Source of the DNA: Folioceros fuciformis
Lineage: Eukaryota
NCBI GenBank assembly: GCA_049999805.1
Contig: JBNGIO010006285.1
Coordinates: forward strand, 1-64,000
DNA: 64,000 nucleotides
Reading direction: 5' to 3'
A program made the position numbers and the translations under genes. Position 1 is the first letter of the stretch; each line of letters starts with the position of its first letter. Of the stretch, positions 37,205-47,965 are shown piece after piece. The notes below the pieces were generated by a model, which was not told where the DNA came from, did not search any database, and saw only the letters and a list, made by a program, of their open reading frames with translations.

Positions 37205-39271
37205 TCACCTCTTGTGCCTCCAGGCAAGTTGAGAATTCAACAAGTCCAACATCTCATAAACTCTTTCCCGATGCTCATGCTTGTGATCTTGCGCCATAAA
37301 CATGTGCAGCTGCTGGAAATGCCGAATCCAGCTCTGTCCAGGAGTCTTCCACGCACCCGCCTTCCATCTTAATTCATCGATCTCGCTGGCATGATCCCAC
37401 ATGCCCGCTTGCGCATAAATATCCGACATCAGCAAGTAAGCTGCGCTCTGCTCAGCTCGCAATTTCACGCAACGCTCGAACGCGCGCCTACCCATCTCTA
37501 CATTGCCGTGCTTCCGGCACGCTCCCAGCAAAGACAACCAAACCGCGGCATCGGGCTGCACGGGCATTCTCTCTGCCACTTCTTCCGCCTCGCTCAAAAG
37601 ACCCGCGCGGCCCAGCAAGTCCACCAGACAGGAATAGTGTTGGACATTACCAGCGATGCACTTCTCCCGCGTCATCACCCTGAAGAAGTCCAAGCCCTTG
37701 TCAACGAACCCCGAATGGCTGCACGCGCACAGAAGAGCAACCAACGTGACTCCATCTGCCTCCACACCCGCCCGCTCCATCTTCTCAAGGCTGCGCAGGC
37801 TCGACTCCCAGTCCCCCTGCAGAGCGTGTCCCGCCATTAGCGCATTCCATGCCACCACATCCGGCCGAGCAAGAGCGTTCAAAACCCTACATGCGTCCGC
37901 CATGCTCCCGCACTTGCCGTAAGCGTGAATCAGAGTGTTGGCCACGGCAGGGTGCCTGTCAAACCTGCGTTCCACAATCTCCCGCTCCGTGCGCCTGCAG
38001 GTATCCAAATCTCCCACATCGCTGCAAGCCTTCAAAACGCACACAAACGTGGTCTCATCCGGCAACACACCGGCATCCTCCTCCCGCATCCGCCTGTACA
38101 ACAGCAAAGCCCTGTCGCTCTGCCCCAGCTGCGTGTACCCCGCAAGCATCGCGTTCCAGGACACCACGTTCCGCGCCGACAGCTCATCCAGCACCCGTTG
38201 CGCATCCCCGGTGCTCCCGCACTTGCAATACATGCTCACCAGCGTGCTCCCTACAAAAACATCGTTCCCGTGCCCCATCGCGGCAGCTTCCGCATGCACG
38301 GCCTTCCCCTTGCGCAGCGCCTCCACCTTCACCGTCTCATGTCCCTCCCTGTCCGCCAGGATCCCGCACGCCTGGATCACGCTCACGAATGTGCGATCAT
38401 CCGGCCGCAAGCCTTCCTTTACCACTCGATCGTAGAGCTCCAAGGCCTTGGCTCCATCCTCCTGATTCGTGTATCCCGCAAGCAGCGCGTTCCAGGCAAC
38501 AACAGCGACGGTGCGCTCCAGCCTACCAAACACCAGCTCCGCGTCCGTCAGGCTCCCGCACTTGGCGTACACGCTCACCAGCGTGCTCGAAACGAAGGCG
38601 TCCGACGCCAAGCCTTTCAGCGCAGCTCGAGCGTGCATCTCCTTGGCCAGGGCCAGAGAATCCAGCTTCACGCTCCGCCCTTCGACCAGCGCGGGCAACT
38701 CCTGGTCCGCCAGGCTCCCGACCGCCTTGAGGGCACAGACGAAGGACCGGTCGTCCGGCGCTGTTCCCTCCTCTTCCATTCGCGCGAACAGGTCGAGCAC
38801 CAGGCGAGGATCGCCGCCATGGCTGGCGTAGCCTGCCAGCAACGCGTTCCAGGCTACTACGTCGGGCTGCGGGAGCCTGTCGAACGTGAGCTGCGCGTCT
38901 TCCATGCTCCCGCATTTCCCATACATGTCCACCAGCGCCGTGGCCACAAACAGGTCCTTCTCCCCCCCTCGCCATGCCAGATCCGCGTGCACCCGCTTAC
39001 CCTGTTCCAAATCCGCTAGCCTGCCGCAGGCCATGAGCATGGCGAGCAAGGTGCGCCTGCTCGGATGGACGCCCTTCTGCCTCAGCCGCTCGTACAGCTC
39101 CACGGCCTCTTCCAGCCTCCCGGATTGCACCATCCCCTTGACCGCAGCCTCTTCACTTGGCAGCAGCTGTTCCCGCTCCACCCCATTCTTCCTCCCGCAC
39201 AGAAACAACATTTGCGGATGAAGCCTCAGGCGGGACGGGGCCACAATCCCCGGCACCGAAGGCGCCTGCAT
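37205..39271 (-). CDS. PLS-class PPR protein, E+ subclass, intronless, with LL-type motifs
   Basis: P-L-S triplets with inserted L motifs (VGSLADQELPALVEGRSVKLDSLALAKEMH), E1/E2 and PG box KTPGQSWI, with no DYW. ATG at 39271 (39274 is GTG). Confidence 0.95.
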   Translation of the reverse strand: MQAPSVPGIVAPSRLRLHPQMLFLCGRKNGVEREQLLPSEEAAVKGMVQSGRLEEAVELYERLRQKGVHPSRRTLLAMLMACGRLADLEQGKRVHADLAWRGGEKDLFVATALVDMYGKCGSMEDAQLTFDRLPQPDVVAWNALLAGYASHGGDPRLVLDLFARMEEEGTAPDDRSFVCALKAVGSLADQELPALVEGRSVKLDSLALAKEMHARAALKGLASDAFVSSTLVSVYAKCGSLTDAELVFGRLERTVAVVAWNALLAGYTNQEDGAKALELYDRVVKEGLRPDDRTFVSVIQACGILADREGHETVKVEALRKGKAVHAEAAAMGHGNDVFVGSTLVSMYCKCGSTGDAQRVLDELSARNVVSWNAMLAGYTQLGQSDRALLLYRRMREEDAGVLPDETTFVCVLKACSDVGDLDTCRRTEREIVERRFDRHPAVANTLIHAYGKCGSMADACRVLNALARPDVVAWNALMAGHALQGDWESSLRSLEKMERAGVEADGVTLVALLCACSHSGFVDKGLDFFRVMTREKCIAGNVQHYSCLVDLLGRAGLLSEAEEVAERMPVQPDAAVWLSLLGACRKHGNVEMGRRAFERCVKLRAEQSAAYLLMSDIYAQAGMWDHASEIDELRWKAGAWKTPGQSWIRHFQQLHMFMAQDHKHEHRERVYEMLDLLNSQLAWRHKR

Positions 39272-39550
39272 CACTCAGGGATTTCCTCTCTTGGAACGAC
39301 GGGGCCCGTCTTCAGCATTTCTTGGCATCCAAGGGGTCTTTCTTGCCATCTCCAGCGGATTGCTCAAAGGCAAAATACAGTTTCCTCAGTTTGCTTGATT
39401 TTCGCCCAGGCTTCACTTTTGAAACCTGCTTGTTTGATGCTGCTCGGTCGCGTTTCCATGGACACTTGCACTTCTGCGGCCATTTGCAGGCCAGATGCAG
39501 CGCTCATTTCAGGTTCTTGAATAGGAAGGGCCACACGACGTACATTGATC

Positions 39551-42505
39551 ATGGCAGATTTGACGGCTCTACTCCGGTGGATTTGTTTGTTCCTCTTCCT
39601 TGCGGTTTCCGGTGCCGCATCAGGCTGGGACATTGCGCCATCGCCAGATGTGCAGGCGCTTGTGGTGTTCAAGGTGAAGTACTTGATCAATTCTTCTGCC
39701 CTGAGCTCGTGGAACGAGCTGGATCCAAGCCCGTGTCAATGGAGAGGAGTTGCCTGTGACGCCACTTCCGGGCGAGTCTCTACCCTCATTTTGGACGGCT
39801 TGTCGCTTTCTGGTAGGATAAGCACCACACTAGCACAGCTCACTGGCTTGAACACTCTGTCTCTGGCCTATAACAATCTTTTCGGGAGCTTTCCAGACGA
39901 AATCGCTCAGCTTCCCACTTTGAGGAGGCTTAATATCAGCTACAATGCCTTGTCAGGTCCTCTTCCCAAACTATTTGGAAGCTCGGGAAGCATTGAGCAT
40001 CTGGACTTTTCCTTCAACGCTTTCACAGGCCAAATTCCTGCCGAACTTTTCAGTTCCAACCGCAACCTTCGTTCGGTTGCTCTCTCTAAGAACAAGCTTC
40101 ATGGAAGCATCCCCTCATCTTTTTATTCTTGCTACCTCCTTCACAGCGTCAATTTCTCTTCTAACCAGTTCTCAGGTGCTCTGTCCGAGCATATCGGGCA
40201 GCTTCGAAGTCTGCGAGCCCTGGACATGTCGCGGAATGCAATTGCCGGGGGCATCCCTCTCCAAATCTCCTCTTTGTTTCATCTCTCGGATCTGAAACTT
40301 ACAGGCAATTATCTCAGTGGCCAGATCCCAGCAGGGCTCAGCAACTGTGTGAACCTGCAAGTGTTGGATCTAAGTTTCAACGATTTGTCTGGATCTTTCC
40401 CTTCTCCCCTACAGAGTTTGACTAATTTGCAGGTTCTGAACCTCCGGAGAAACTACCTCTCTGGCAACATCCCTTCGTGGATAAGCAGCTTGACTGCGCT
40501 ACAAGATTTGGATCTTTCTGAGAACATGTTTTCGGGCTGGCTTCCGTCCAGCTTAGGGCTCCTGCACAATTTGCGTCGGCTGGATATCTCCCGGAACAGT
40601 CTCACGGGAAGCATTCCCGATGGTTTTGCACATCTGCACCTGTCTACTCTCAACCTAAGCAACAACCAGCTGGCGCTGCCAATCCCAGCTGGTCTCGTCA
40701 CCCGGAGCTTACAGTACCTTTCCCTCTCCCGCAACCAGTTATCAGGGACCATATTATCTCTCGGTGATTGCCAGTCCCTCCAGGTCCTGGACCTTTCAAC
40801 AAATATGCTGACAGGCTCTCTACCAGCAGATTTTGGCAGCTGTTCAAGCCTGTCTGAGCTGAATGTTTCGGGCAACGCTTTCCAGTTTTCTTTGCCCTCA
40901 AGCTTTGGCAGCCTGGAACATCTTCAGGCTCTGGACATCAGTCACAACTTGCTTAACAGCAGCATTCCCAGAAATTTGTGCAAAGGTAACAGGCTCAGCA
41001 GTCTGCAGGCTCACCATAATTTTCTTCATGGATTCCTTCCTGCAGACCTGGGAGAATGTATTTGGCTCGAGGATCTTAGTTTCTCTGCGAACCATCTTAT
41101 TGGGATGATTCCAGGGGCGCTGGGCAAGCTCATGCGGCTCAAGTTTATGGACCTTTCTCAAAACCAACTGTCCGGCAACATCCCTCCCCAGCTTGGATAC
41201 CTGAAGAATTTGGCGATGATCAATGTGTCTAGCAACCGGCTTTCCGGGCGCATCCCGAACGGCCGTGTCTTTGGCTCGATGAATTCCTCTGCGTTTGCGG
41301 GAAATTCAGGACTATGTGGAGCAATTATCAGAGTTCCCTGTGCACAGTTGCAGCCGGCGCCAGCTGACAGTCCCCTCGTATCTGGGATACCAACCCTAGC
41401 TTCTCCTCCTCACCGATCAGAACAAAGAGTTTTCTTCAGTGTCTCAGCTATTATTGCGATATGTGCAGCAGCTGCTGTGGCTGTGGCAGCGATTCTTGTG
41501 ACTACAGGCAGTTTGAGAGCGCAGAAAGGCAACCGTTCTAGGACTATCAGGATGAGAAGCATGCCTGATGCATCTGACAGAGTATTGGCTGTGGGCAAGC
41601 TGGTCCTGTTCTCCAGGGCAAGATGGTTCAGAAGTGGAAACTGGAGTCCCGAGCAGCACCTGTTGCTCAACAAAGACTGCGAGATTGGATGTGGTGGATT
41701 TGGTGTGGTGTACCGGGCGGTGCTTCCCGACGGACAATCAGCCGCGGTGAAGAAGCTGACAATCACCGGATCTGTGAAATCTCGAGACGAATTCGAGAGG
41801 GAGGTTCAGCTGCTGGGAAAGGTGAGGCATCAAAACCTGGTGTCCCTCAAAGGCTACTACTGGACAAAACAGCTGCAGATTTTGTTGTATGATTATGTCT
41901 CTGGGGGAGATCTGTGCACCAGACTCCATGACAGAGGACACGGACATCCTGCTCTGGACTGGTCCACCCGTTTCAAGATAGCCAAAGGAATTGCAATGGG
42001 ACTCGCACACCTTCACAACTGTGATCCCCAGATCATCCATTATAATGTAAGGTCAAGCAACATTTTGCTTGATGTCGGCAACGTACCCAAAGTTTCCGAT
42101 TGTGGTCTTGCCAAGCTGGTGCCCATGGTGAACACGTACAGCTTGAGCCAGGGTGAGCTCGGGTTCAGGGCTCCTGAATTTGCCTCTGATAACGAGCAAA
42201 TAAACGAAAAGTGCGATGTCTATGGATATGGAGTGATACTTCTGGAGCTTGTCACAGGTAGGAGGGCAGTGGAGTACGTGGCGAATGAGGTGGTCATTCT
42301 GTGCGAGTGTGTTGCTACCATGCTTGATGAAGACCGGGCCCTCGATTGTGTCGACCCGGATCTGAACCTCCAGTTGCAGGAGAAAGGGAATTGCCTGCCC
42401 TTTCTAAAGCTAGCGTTGATTTGCACTTCGCAGAGTCCCGTCACACGGCCCTCCATGGTCCAAGTTGTAGAGATGCTAAAGCTAATAGATCCCATTTACA
42501 GTTAA
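39551..42505 (+). CDS. LRR receptor-like kinase, LRR-VII (IRK/PXC2-like), intronless
   Basis: Signal peptide, LSSWNE.D.SPCQWRGVAC cap, long LRR array, TM helix (FSVSAIIAICAAAAV), GKLVLFS, LLNKDCEIGCGGFGVVYRA, LKGYYWT.QLQ and IIHYN. These juxtamembrane and kinase motifs are typical of IRK/PXC2. Confidence 0.92.
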   Translation: MADLTALLRWICLFLFLAVSGAASGWDIAPSPDVQALVVFKVKYLINSSALSSWNELDPSPCQWRGVACDATSGRVSTLILDGLSLSGRISTTLAQLTGLNTLSLAYNNLFGSFPDEIAQLPTLRRLNISYNALSGPLPKLFGSSGSIEHLDFSFNAFTGQIPAELFSSNRNLRSVALSKNKLHGSIPSSFYSCYLLHSVNFSSNQFSGALSEHIGQLRSLRALDMSRNAIAGGIPLQISSLFHLSDLKLTGNYLSGQIPAGLSNCVNLQVLDLSFNDLSGSFPSPLQSLTNLQVLNLRRNYLSGNIPSWISSLTALQDLDLSENMFSGWLPSSLGLLHNLRRLDISRNSLTGSIPDGFAHLHLSTLNLSNNQLALPIPAGLVTRSLQYLSLSRNQLSGTILSLGDCQSLQVLDLSTNMLTGSLPADFGSCSSLSELNVSGNAFQFSLPSSFGSLEHLQALDISHNLLNSSIPRNLCKGNRLSSLQAHHNFLHGFLPADLGECIWLEDLSFSANHLIGMIPGALGKLMRLKFMDLSQNQLSGNIPPQLGYLKNLAMINVSSNRLSGRIPNGRVFGSMNSSAFAGNSGLCGAIIRVPCAQLQPAPADSPLVSGIPTLASPPHRSEQRVFFSVSAIIAICAAAAVAVAAILVTTGSLRAQKGNRSRTIRMRSMPDASDRVLAVGKLVLFSRARWFRSGNWSPEQHLLLNKDCEIGCGGFGVVYRAVLPDGQSAAVKKLTITGSVKSRDEFEREVQLLGKVRHQNLVSLKGYYWTKQLQILLYDYVSGGDLCTRLHDRGHGHPALDWSTRFKIAKGIAMGLAHLHNCDPQIIHYNVRSSNILLDVGNVPKVSDCGLAKLVPMVNTYSLSQGELGFRAPEFASDNEQINEKCDVYGYGVILLELVTGRRAVEYVANEVVILCECVATMLDEDRALDCVDPDLNLQLQEKGNCLPFLKLALICTSQSPVTRPSMVQVVEMLKLIDPIYS

Positions 42506-42780
42506 GCTTCTCCATTGTGTACCTCACCTGCGGTGGACGTTGTGCAGTTAGCAATGAACTTTTTCTCAGAAGACCTGCTTCTTCGCAGTACAGTCCTGGG
42601 TGATGATGTGTGAGCAGGGATTGGCTAACGGAATTTGGTTTCTCAAATGTCTATCTCTGTGTCATTTGTTGTTCGTGAAGCCAGATTAGAGCAGCGTAGG
42701 GTTGGAGAGAAGGGCTTAGGGTCGATAGAGTAGATACATTTCGTCAGAGGTTTAAGGGGTTTCGGGTAGAGACGGGGGCG

Positions 42781-44127
42781 ATGACAGGCGTGCTGGCTTC
42801 TCCGAGGCTTGACGCTATCGCCGCCTGCCCTTGTCCATCGCTTACGCCTTCTCCCCAGACCTCGTTGCCGCTTCCCTGGCGCTGGAGAAACTGTGCTGGC
42901 GTCTCCTCTAGCGGCACTATCAGGTCCGCATCCTCCCTGTCCCGAGATTTTTCTCCGGCAGCATCTGCTGAGGTTCAGAGCAATGCATTATCCAGGAGAG
43001 TTTCCAAATCCTCGAGATGGAGGGTCTGGAAGTACAGTGCCTGTGTGCTCACTTGTCGAGCAACTGCAGTTGTGCAGGAAGCAGTGCAGTCGGAGGAGAG
43101 GATCAGGGATCCCAAGTCCACCAATGTGATCATATTTGGGGCCACGGGCTACATCGGAAAGTTTGTGACCAAGGAGTTCGTGAGTCGAGGCTACAATGTG
43201 GTGGCAGTGGCCAGGGAGAAGAGCGGGATCAAGGGCAAGCTTGGGAAAGAGGAAGTGCAGGCAGAGCTGGAGGGCGCGGAGGTGTGCTTTTCGGATGTGA
43301 CTAATTTGGATTCGCTAAAAGCGGCTTTGCAGGAGAGAGGGAAGCCAGTGGATGTGGTCGTAAGTTGCCTGGCCAGCAGAAGTGGTGGCGTGAAAGATTC
43401 CTGGCTCGTTGATTATCAGGCCACCAAAAACACCCTGGATGTCGGCCTGGCCCTTGGATGCAAGCACTACGTCCTGCTCTCCGCCATCTGCGTGCAGAAG
43501 CCTCTGCTGGAGTTTCAGCGCGCTAAGCTCAAGTTTGAAGCAGAGCTCGAATCGGCTGCAAAGAGCAGCAACGGTGAGCTCACCTACAGCATAGTCCGGC
43601 CCACTGCATTCTTCAAGAGCCTCGGCGGGCAGGTGGAGTTAGTGAAGGACGGAGGGCCGTATATGGTGTTTGGAGACGGTACACTCTGCGCCTGCAAGCC
43701 CATTAGTGAGGCGGATCTGGCATCCTTCATCGCAGACTGTGCAAGTGATGGAGACAAAGTGAACAAGACGCTTCCTATTGGCGGACCCGGTAAGGCCCTG
43801 ACGCCATTGGAGCAAGGAGAAATGCTGTTCAGGATTATAGGAAAGGAGAACAAATTCCTTAAGGTACCAATCCAGATAATGGACTTTGCGATCGCCATTC
43901 TGGATTTCCTCAAAAACATCTTTCCCAATTTGGAAGATGCTGCGGAGTTTGGCAAGATTGGCCGATACTATGCTGCTGAGAGCATGTTGGTGCTCAACCC
44001 TGAGACAGGCAAGTACGACGCAGATGCCACCCCAAGCTATGGAAAGGACACGCTTGAGGAATTCTTTGAGCGGGTTGTGCGAGAAGGGATGGCTGGACAG
44101 GAGCTTGGAGATCAAGCTGTGTTCTGA
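42781..44127 (+). CDS. DVR: Divinyl chlorophyllide a 8-vinyl reductase (NADPH-dependent N-DVR), chloroplast
   Basis: Transit peptide, [70 protein letters not shown] and [14 protein letters not shown]. Confidence 0.96.
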   Translation: MTGVLASPRLDAIAACPCPSLTPSPQTSLPLPWRWRNCAGVSSSGTIRSASSLSRDFSPAASAEVQSNALSRRVSKSSRWRVWKYSACVLTCRATAVVQEAVQSEERIRDPKSTNVIIFGATGYIGKFVTKEFVSRGYNVVAVAREKSGIKGKLGKEEVQAELEGAEVCFSDVTNLDSLKAALQERGKPVDVVVSCLASRSGGVKDSWLVDYQATKNTLDVGLALGCKHYVLLSAICVQKPLLEFQRAKLKFEAELESAAKSSNGELTYSIVRPTAFFKSLGGQVELVKDGGPYMVFGDGTLCACKPISEADLASFIADCASDGDKVNKTLPIGGPGKALTPLEQGEMLFRIIGKENKFLKVPIQIMDFAIAILDFLKNIFPNLEDAAEFGKIGRYYAAESMLVLNPETGKYDADATPSYGKDTLEEFFERVVREGMAGQELGDQAVF

Positions 44128-46100
44128 TATGTAATTTTCAACTTTCTTGTACAATATTTGTTGTTGTCATGTTGCCCAGTTCTGTAGACTCTACACCATT
44201 CCCCACAAACATGCCCGTTTGCCGGGTGGAACGTATGAGTGCTATCTATGCCAGGCCAGACGGCCGTGTCGTGAGGAACTCTCGAGTATGTATATGGTCA
44301 TTTGCAACACTAAGCAAGATATTACTGAGTTGCCCAGTAAGAACTGCGATTAGGCCCTTATCACATAGTCCCTCCATCCGATCTGCGTTCCAAGGCTATC
44401 ACTACTCCCACGAGGTTGATTTTTTTTTTCTCTTTTACTATATTTTTACTACATGATATTATACTATATTTTTATTTTAAACCTTTTATATTTTTTACAA
44501 TAATTTTTTTATTAATTTATATTAATATTTATTTTTATAATTACAAATAGTTATAAAATATAATTCATTAGGATATCTTTTTAATAATGGAGGAGAAATT
44601 GTAAGAATAGTCAAATAAGTCTTAGAACATAATCCATGTGTAGGTTGACTATTCTTTTGTACAAGAACTTGAATTATATTTTCATAGTAATAATATGTAT
44701 CTATTTAGATATCATAAATATATTTATATTAGGTCTTGTGTTCAAACCTTCTATTCATTATTTCTTTCTATTCATCCTAATCTTCTATTCATCTTAACCT
44801 TCTATTTATTATTATTCAAACCTTTTATTCATCTCTTCAAGACAATAAACAACTTCCTTCAAGGATTTTGTAGATAGTATGATTTGCACGCATATTATGG
44901 TGTAAGATCAACTTTTGCTTTCAGAGACATTCATATTAGCTTATTGATTTGCATTTAAAAAGGATAGCATATTATAATTCTCATCGTAAGACCTTGTTAA
45001 TAGGATTCCTCAAAAGCCCATTCAACACCTTTTTCCAACCGGAAGGAGTTGGTTGCATGTGTTGTCATAGTTTTGCTCATGAATCATGCTCAAAGGAGAA
45101 TAAACCTTTGATAAACAATTTGATTCATATAGACCAATACACATTTTGTCACTTAAAGTGTTCATTGTGCGCTAGTATATTGCCGCATCTTACTGCAAAC
45201 ATTGGCATAATGACATTGTGTAGGAACACAAGATGGGTTGTGCAAAGACTAGACAAGATGAGCTGTACTAAGACTAGACATGGTACATAATTGGTAATAT
45301 GTTGTAAATCTGCATCATCTCTAATCTTCATACTATCCACCCATGGGTAATGTTTCGAACTTCAGTTTGGACTTGGAACGGAATGCACTTGTAGACTAGC
45401 ATACTCAAGACTGTCATGAAAAGTAGCAAGTTAGCAAGATTCGGGGAGTCCCAGAAAGGATAGTCTCGAACATGCCTTGTCCTAGCAATTTTGTAATTCA
45501 AGAACAACTCCATTGAAGAGGAATTGAGTCATGCTCATGGGAGCAAGTTAGAGATCATCGAGCACCTACGGCTTCTGAAGTGTTTTCCTCTGTGACGAGA
45601 GGGAATCATGAAAGTTGCAATGTATGCAATTGGGCCAGCACAAGGTACGTAAGCTGGCTGGGTGTTCGTCAGTCACACCTTCGCACCAATCCGAGGGGCA
45701 CATGAAAATCCAACTTTGTATTCACGACACATGAGTACAAGACCTTTCTCCCCTAGCTATGGCGCTCTCCATATCCAACTTCAAAGACTTGACTTCCTTA
45801 CCCCGTGCCTCCTGGTGTTAGTGCCTTCCTAGAGTTTTTCCAGCGTGTTCACACTTGCTGGGTTCTAGCCTTTTTCTAGCTACTTGAATCTGTCTATTAT
45901 TCGTAATAACTATGTTCCCAAATTAATGAAATAAAAGGGCATAATAGCTATTATCCATACTACGCCAAGGGACAAACTGAAAGCTATGAATGTGAACTTG
46001 CCTTACCTTCCTTCTTGTGCTCGTGCATAGTAGTGGAAGTAGTCTCAGGAGTTCCGAATGAACATATCACCTATCCCAACCTCCCTAGTAGCTTCTTGTC

Positions 46101-46660
46101 AAGACTAAGAGCAAAGTGTGCCGGTAAGCCAATGCACTGGAGACTAGCGTACTCAAGACTAGGAGCAAAGTGTGCCGGTAAGCCAGCGCACTTAAGACTA
46201 TTGGACGCAAGACTAAGAGCAAAGTGTGCCGGTAAGCCAGCGCACTTAAGATTATTGTACGCAAGACTAAGAGCAGAGTGTGGTGATAGGCCACGAGATT
46301 ATCGTACTCAAGACTAAGAGCAAAGTGTGCCGGTAAGCAAGCGCACTTGAGACTAGTGTACTCAAGCCTAAGAGCAGAGTGTGGTGATAAGCCATGAGAT
46401 TATCATACTCTAGATTAAGAGCAAAGTGTGCCGGTAAGCCAACACACTTGAGGCTAGTGTACTCAAGACTAAGAGCAGAGTGTGATGATAGGCCACGAGA
46501 TTATCGTACTCAAGACTAAGAGCAAAGTGTGACGATAGGCCACAAGATTAGCATACTCAAGACTAAGAGCAGAGTGTGTCAATAGGCTAGCGCACTCGAA
46601 ATTAGTGTACTAAGACTAAGAGCAGAGTCTGCGAGTAAGCCAACACACTCAAGACTAAGG
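46101..46660. repeat. Composite minisatellite of 54-bp and 47-bp units sharing the head AAGACTAAGAGCA(A/G)AGTGTG
   Basis: Unit starts at 46101, 46155, 46209, 46263, 46310, 46364, 46411, 46465, 46512, 46559, 46612 and 46651. Confidence 0.88.
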
Positions 46661-46899
46661 GTAGAGCGTACAAGTCTGAACCAATGCTCTCGCAAGGGTC
46701 CTCTTTGCCCTTGTTCGACATGCATTGTTTATATGTATAACTTAACGACACATGGAGTGAGGCAAGGAAACTAAAGCAGTGTAGTGGAGTATATGATAGG
46801 GAGATCTCCTTAGCTGAGTTCAAACTCCAACACTTATGGTTTCTTTCTCAAGGTAGAGGTTTTGTATTCAAATCATAATCTTTCAAAAAAACATTTTTA

Positions 46900-47290
46900 A
46901 GAAAGTAGGTTTTATGTTTCAACCTTTTTAATTTTTGTAACAAAATAGGATAGGCCTTGTGTTCTAACCTTTTTTATTTATTGTGACAGGATAGGATAGG
47001 TCTTGTGTTCAAACCTTCTATTCATTAATTTAAGTGAGTGACAAGATAGAATAGTGAGTGACAAGATAGAATAGATCTTGTGTTCGAATCTTTTTAATTA
47101 TTCTGACAAAATAAAATAGGTCTTATGTTCAAATCTTATTAATTATTGCAACAAGATAGGATAGATCTTATATTCAAACCTCAGTTCATTATTTTAAGTA
47201 AGATTAAGATGATAGGATAGATCTTGTGTTTGAACGTTTTCAATTATTTCAACAAGTTAGGATAGGTCTTATATTCAAATCTTCGAAGCT
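46900..47290. repeat. Degenerate AT-rich tandem repeat of roughly 55-60 bp (ATAGGATAG(G/A)TCTTGTGTTCAAACCTT..); an isolated copy lies near 44730
   Basis: About 7 recurrences of the core motif. Confidence 0.75.
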
Positions 47291-47549
47291 AGTGAACATC
47301 TAATAATTATACAATTCAAATAGAAGATTAAGTTAAAACAACATATGGGTCTCAGTCAAGAGGCAATGAGAAAAGAACAACATAAGTTTTGATGTAAGAC
47401 ATGGATGACATACTCTCATACAAGGGATGGAGCTTAACATAAAGACCAAGAAAAGATTGAATTATAACATCTTTGAAATAGAATCATGTTTTAGAAATAA
47501 ATTATGATTCCCTTTGAAACTCACGTAAATAATAATCTTAAAGTGATTA

Positions 47550-47965
47550 TTTTTTATTATTCAAAATGAAATGAAAAGTCAATCTACTCCAAAGATTGGA
47601 GGTACAGTCTGAGTAAGGCTAAACCCCAAAAGGGATACTAGCCCCTTCGAACATCATTCTCAAAAACTATCTATTGCTCCAAAAATGTCATGATGTGGAA
47701 TAACAGAAGCCCTACCTACCGCTCTTGCCGAAGAAGCAATTATTGTTGCTGTTCTAAAGCCCGCATCGGCCAATGCTCTTTGCAAAAACTTAACCTGTAC
47801 AGGCTNNNNNNNNNNNNNNNNNNNNNNNNNNNNNNNNNNNNNNNNNNNNNNNNNNNNNNNNNNNNNNNNNNNNNNNNNNNNNNNNNNNNNNNNNNNNNNN
47901 NNNNNTAGAGGGTGGTCTTCAAGCGTGATCGGCTGTACATCAAGATCCCCTTGGTAGGTGACAAA
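47550..47965 (-). mobile_element. Probable 3' end of a non-LTR retrotransposon related to the 52840-54650 element; interrupted by an N gap
   Basis: Shares ATCTACTCCAAAGATTGGAG and a TTTTTATTATT tail with 52840-52890. Confidence 0.5.

Noticed and set aside
37849-39019. Long plus-strand ORFs (293 and 364 aa) overlapping the PPR gene
   Set aside because: Antisense shadows of a GC-rich coding sequence.
44949-45900. Possible transposon coding remnant
   Set aside because: Only short ORFs, with no motif I could assign with confidence.
46101-46660. CRISPR-like array (constant head with variable spacers)
   Set aside because: The spacers are two recurring sequence types, there are no cas genes, and the context is eukaryotic. 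It is a minisatellite.
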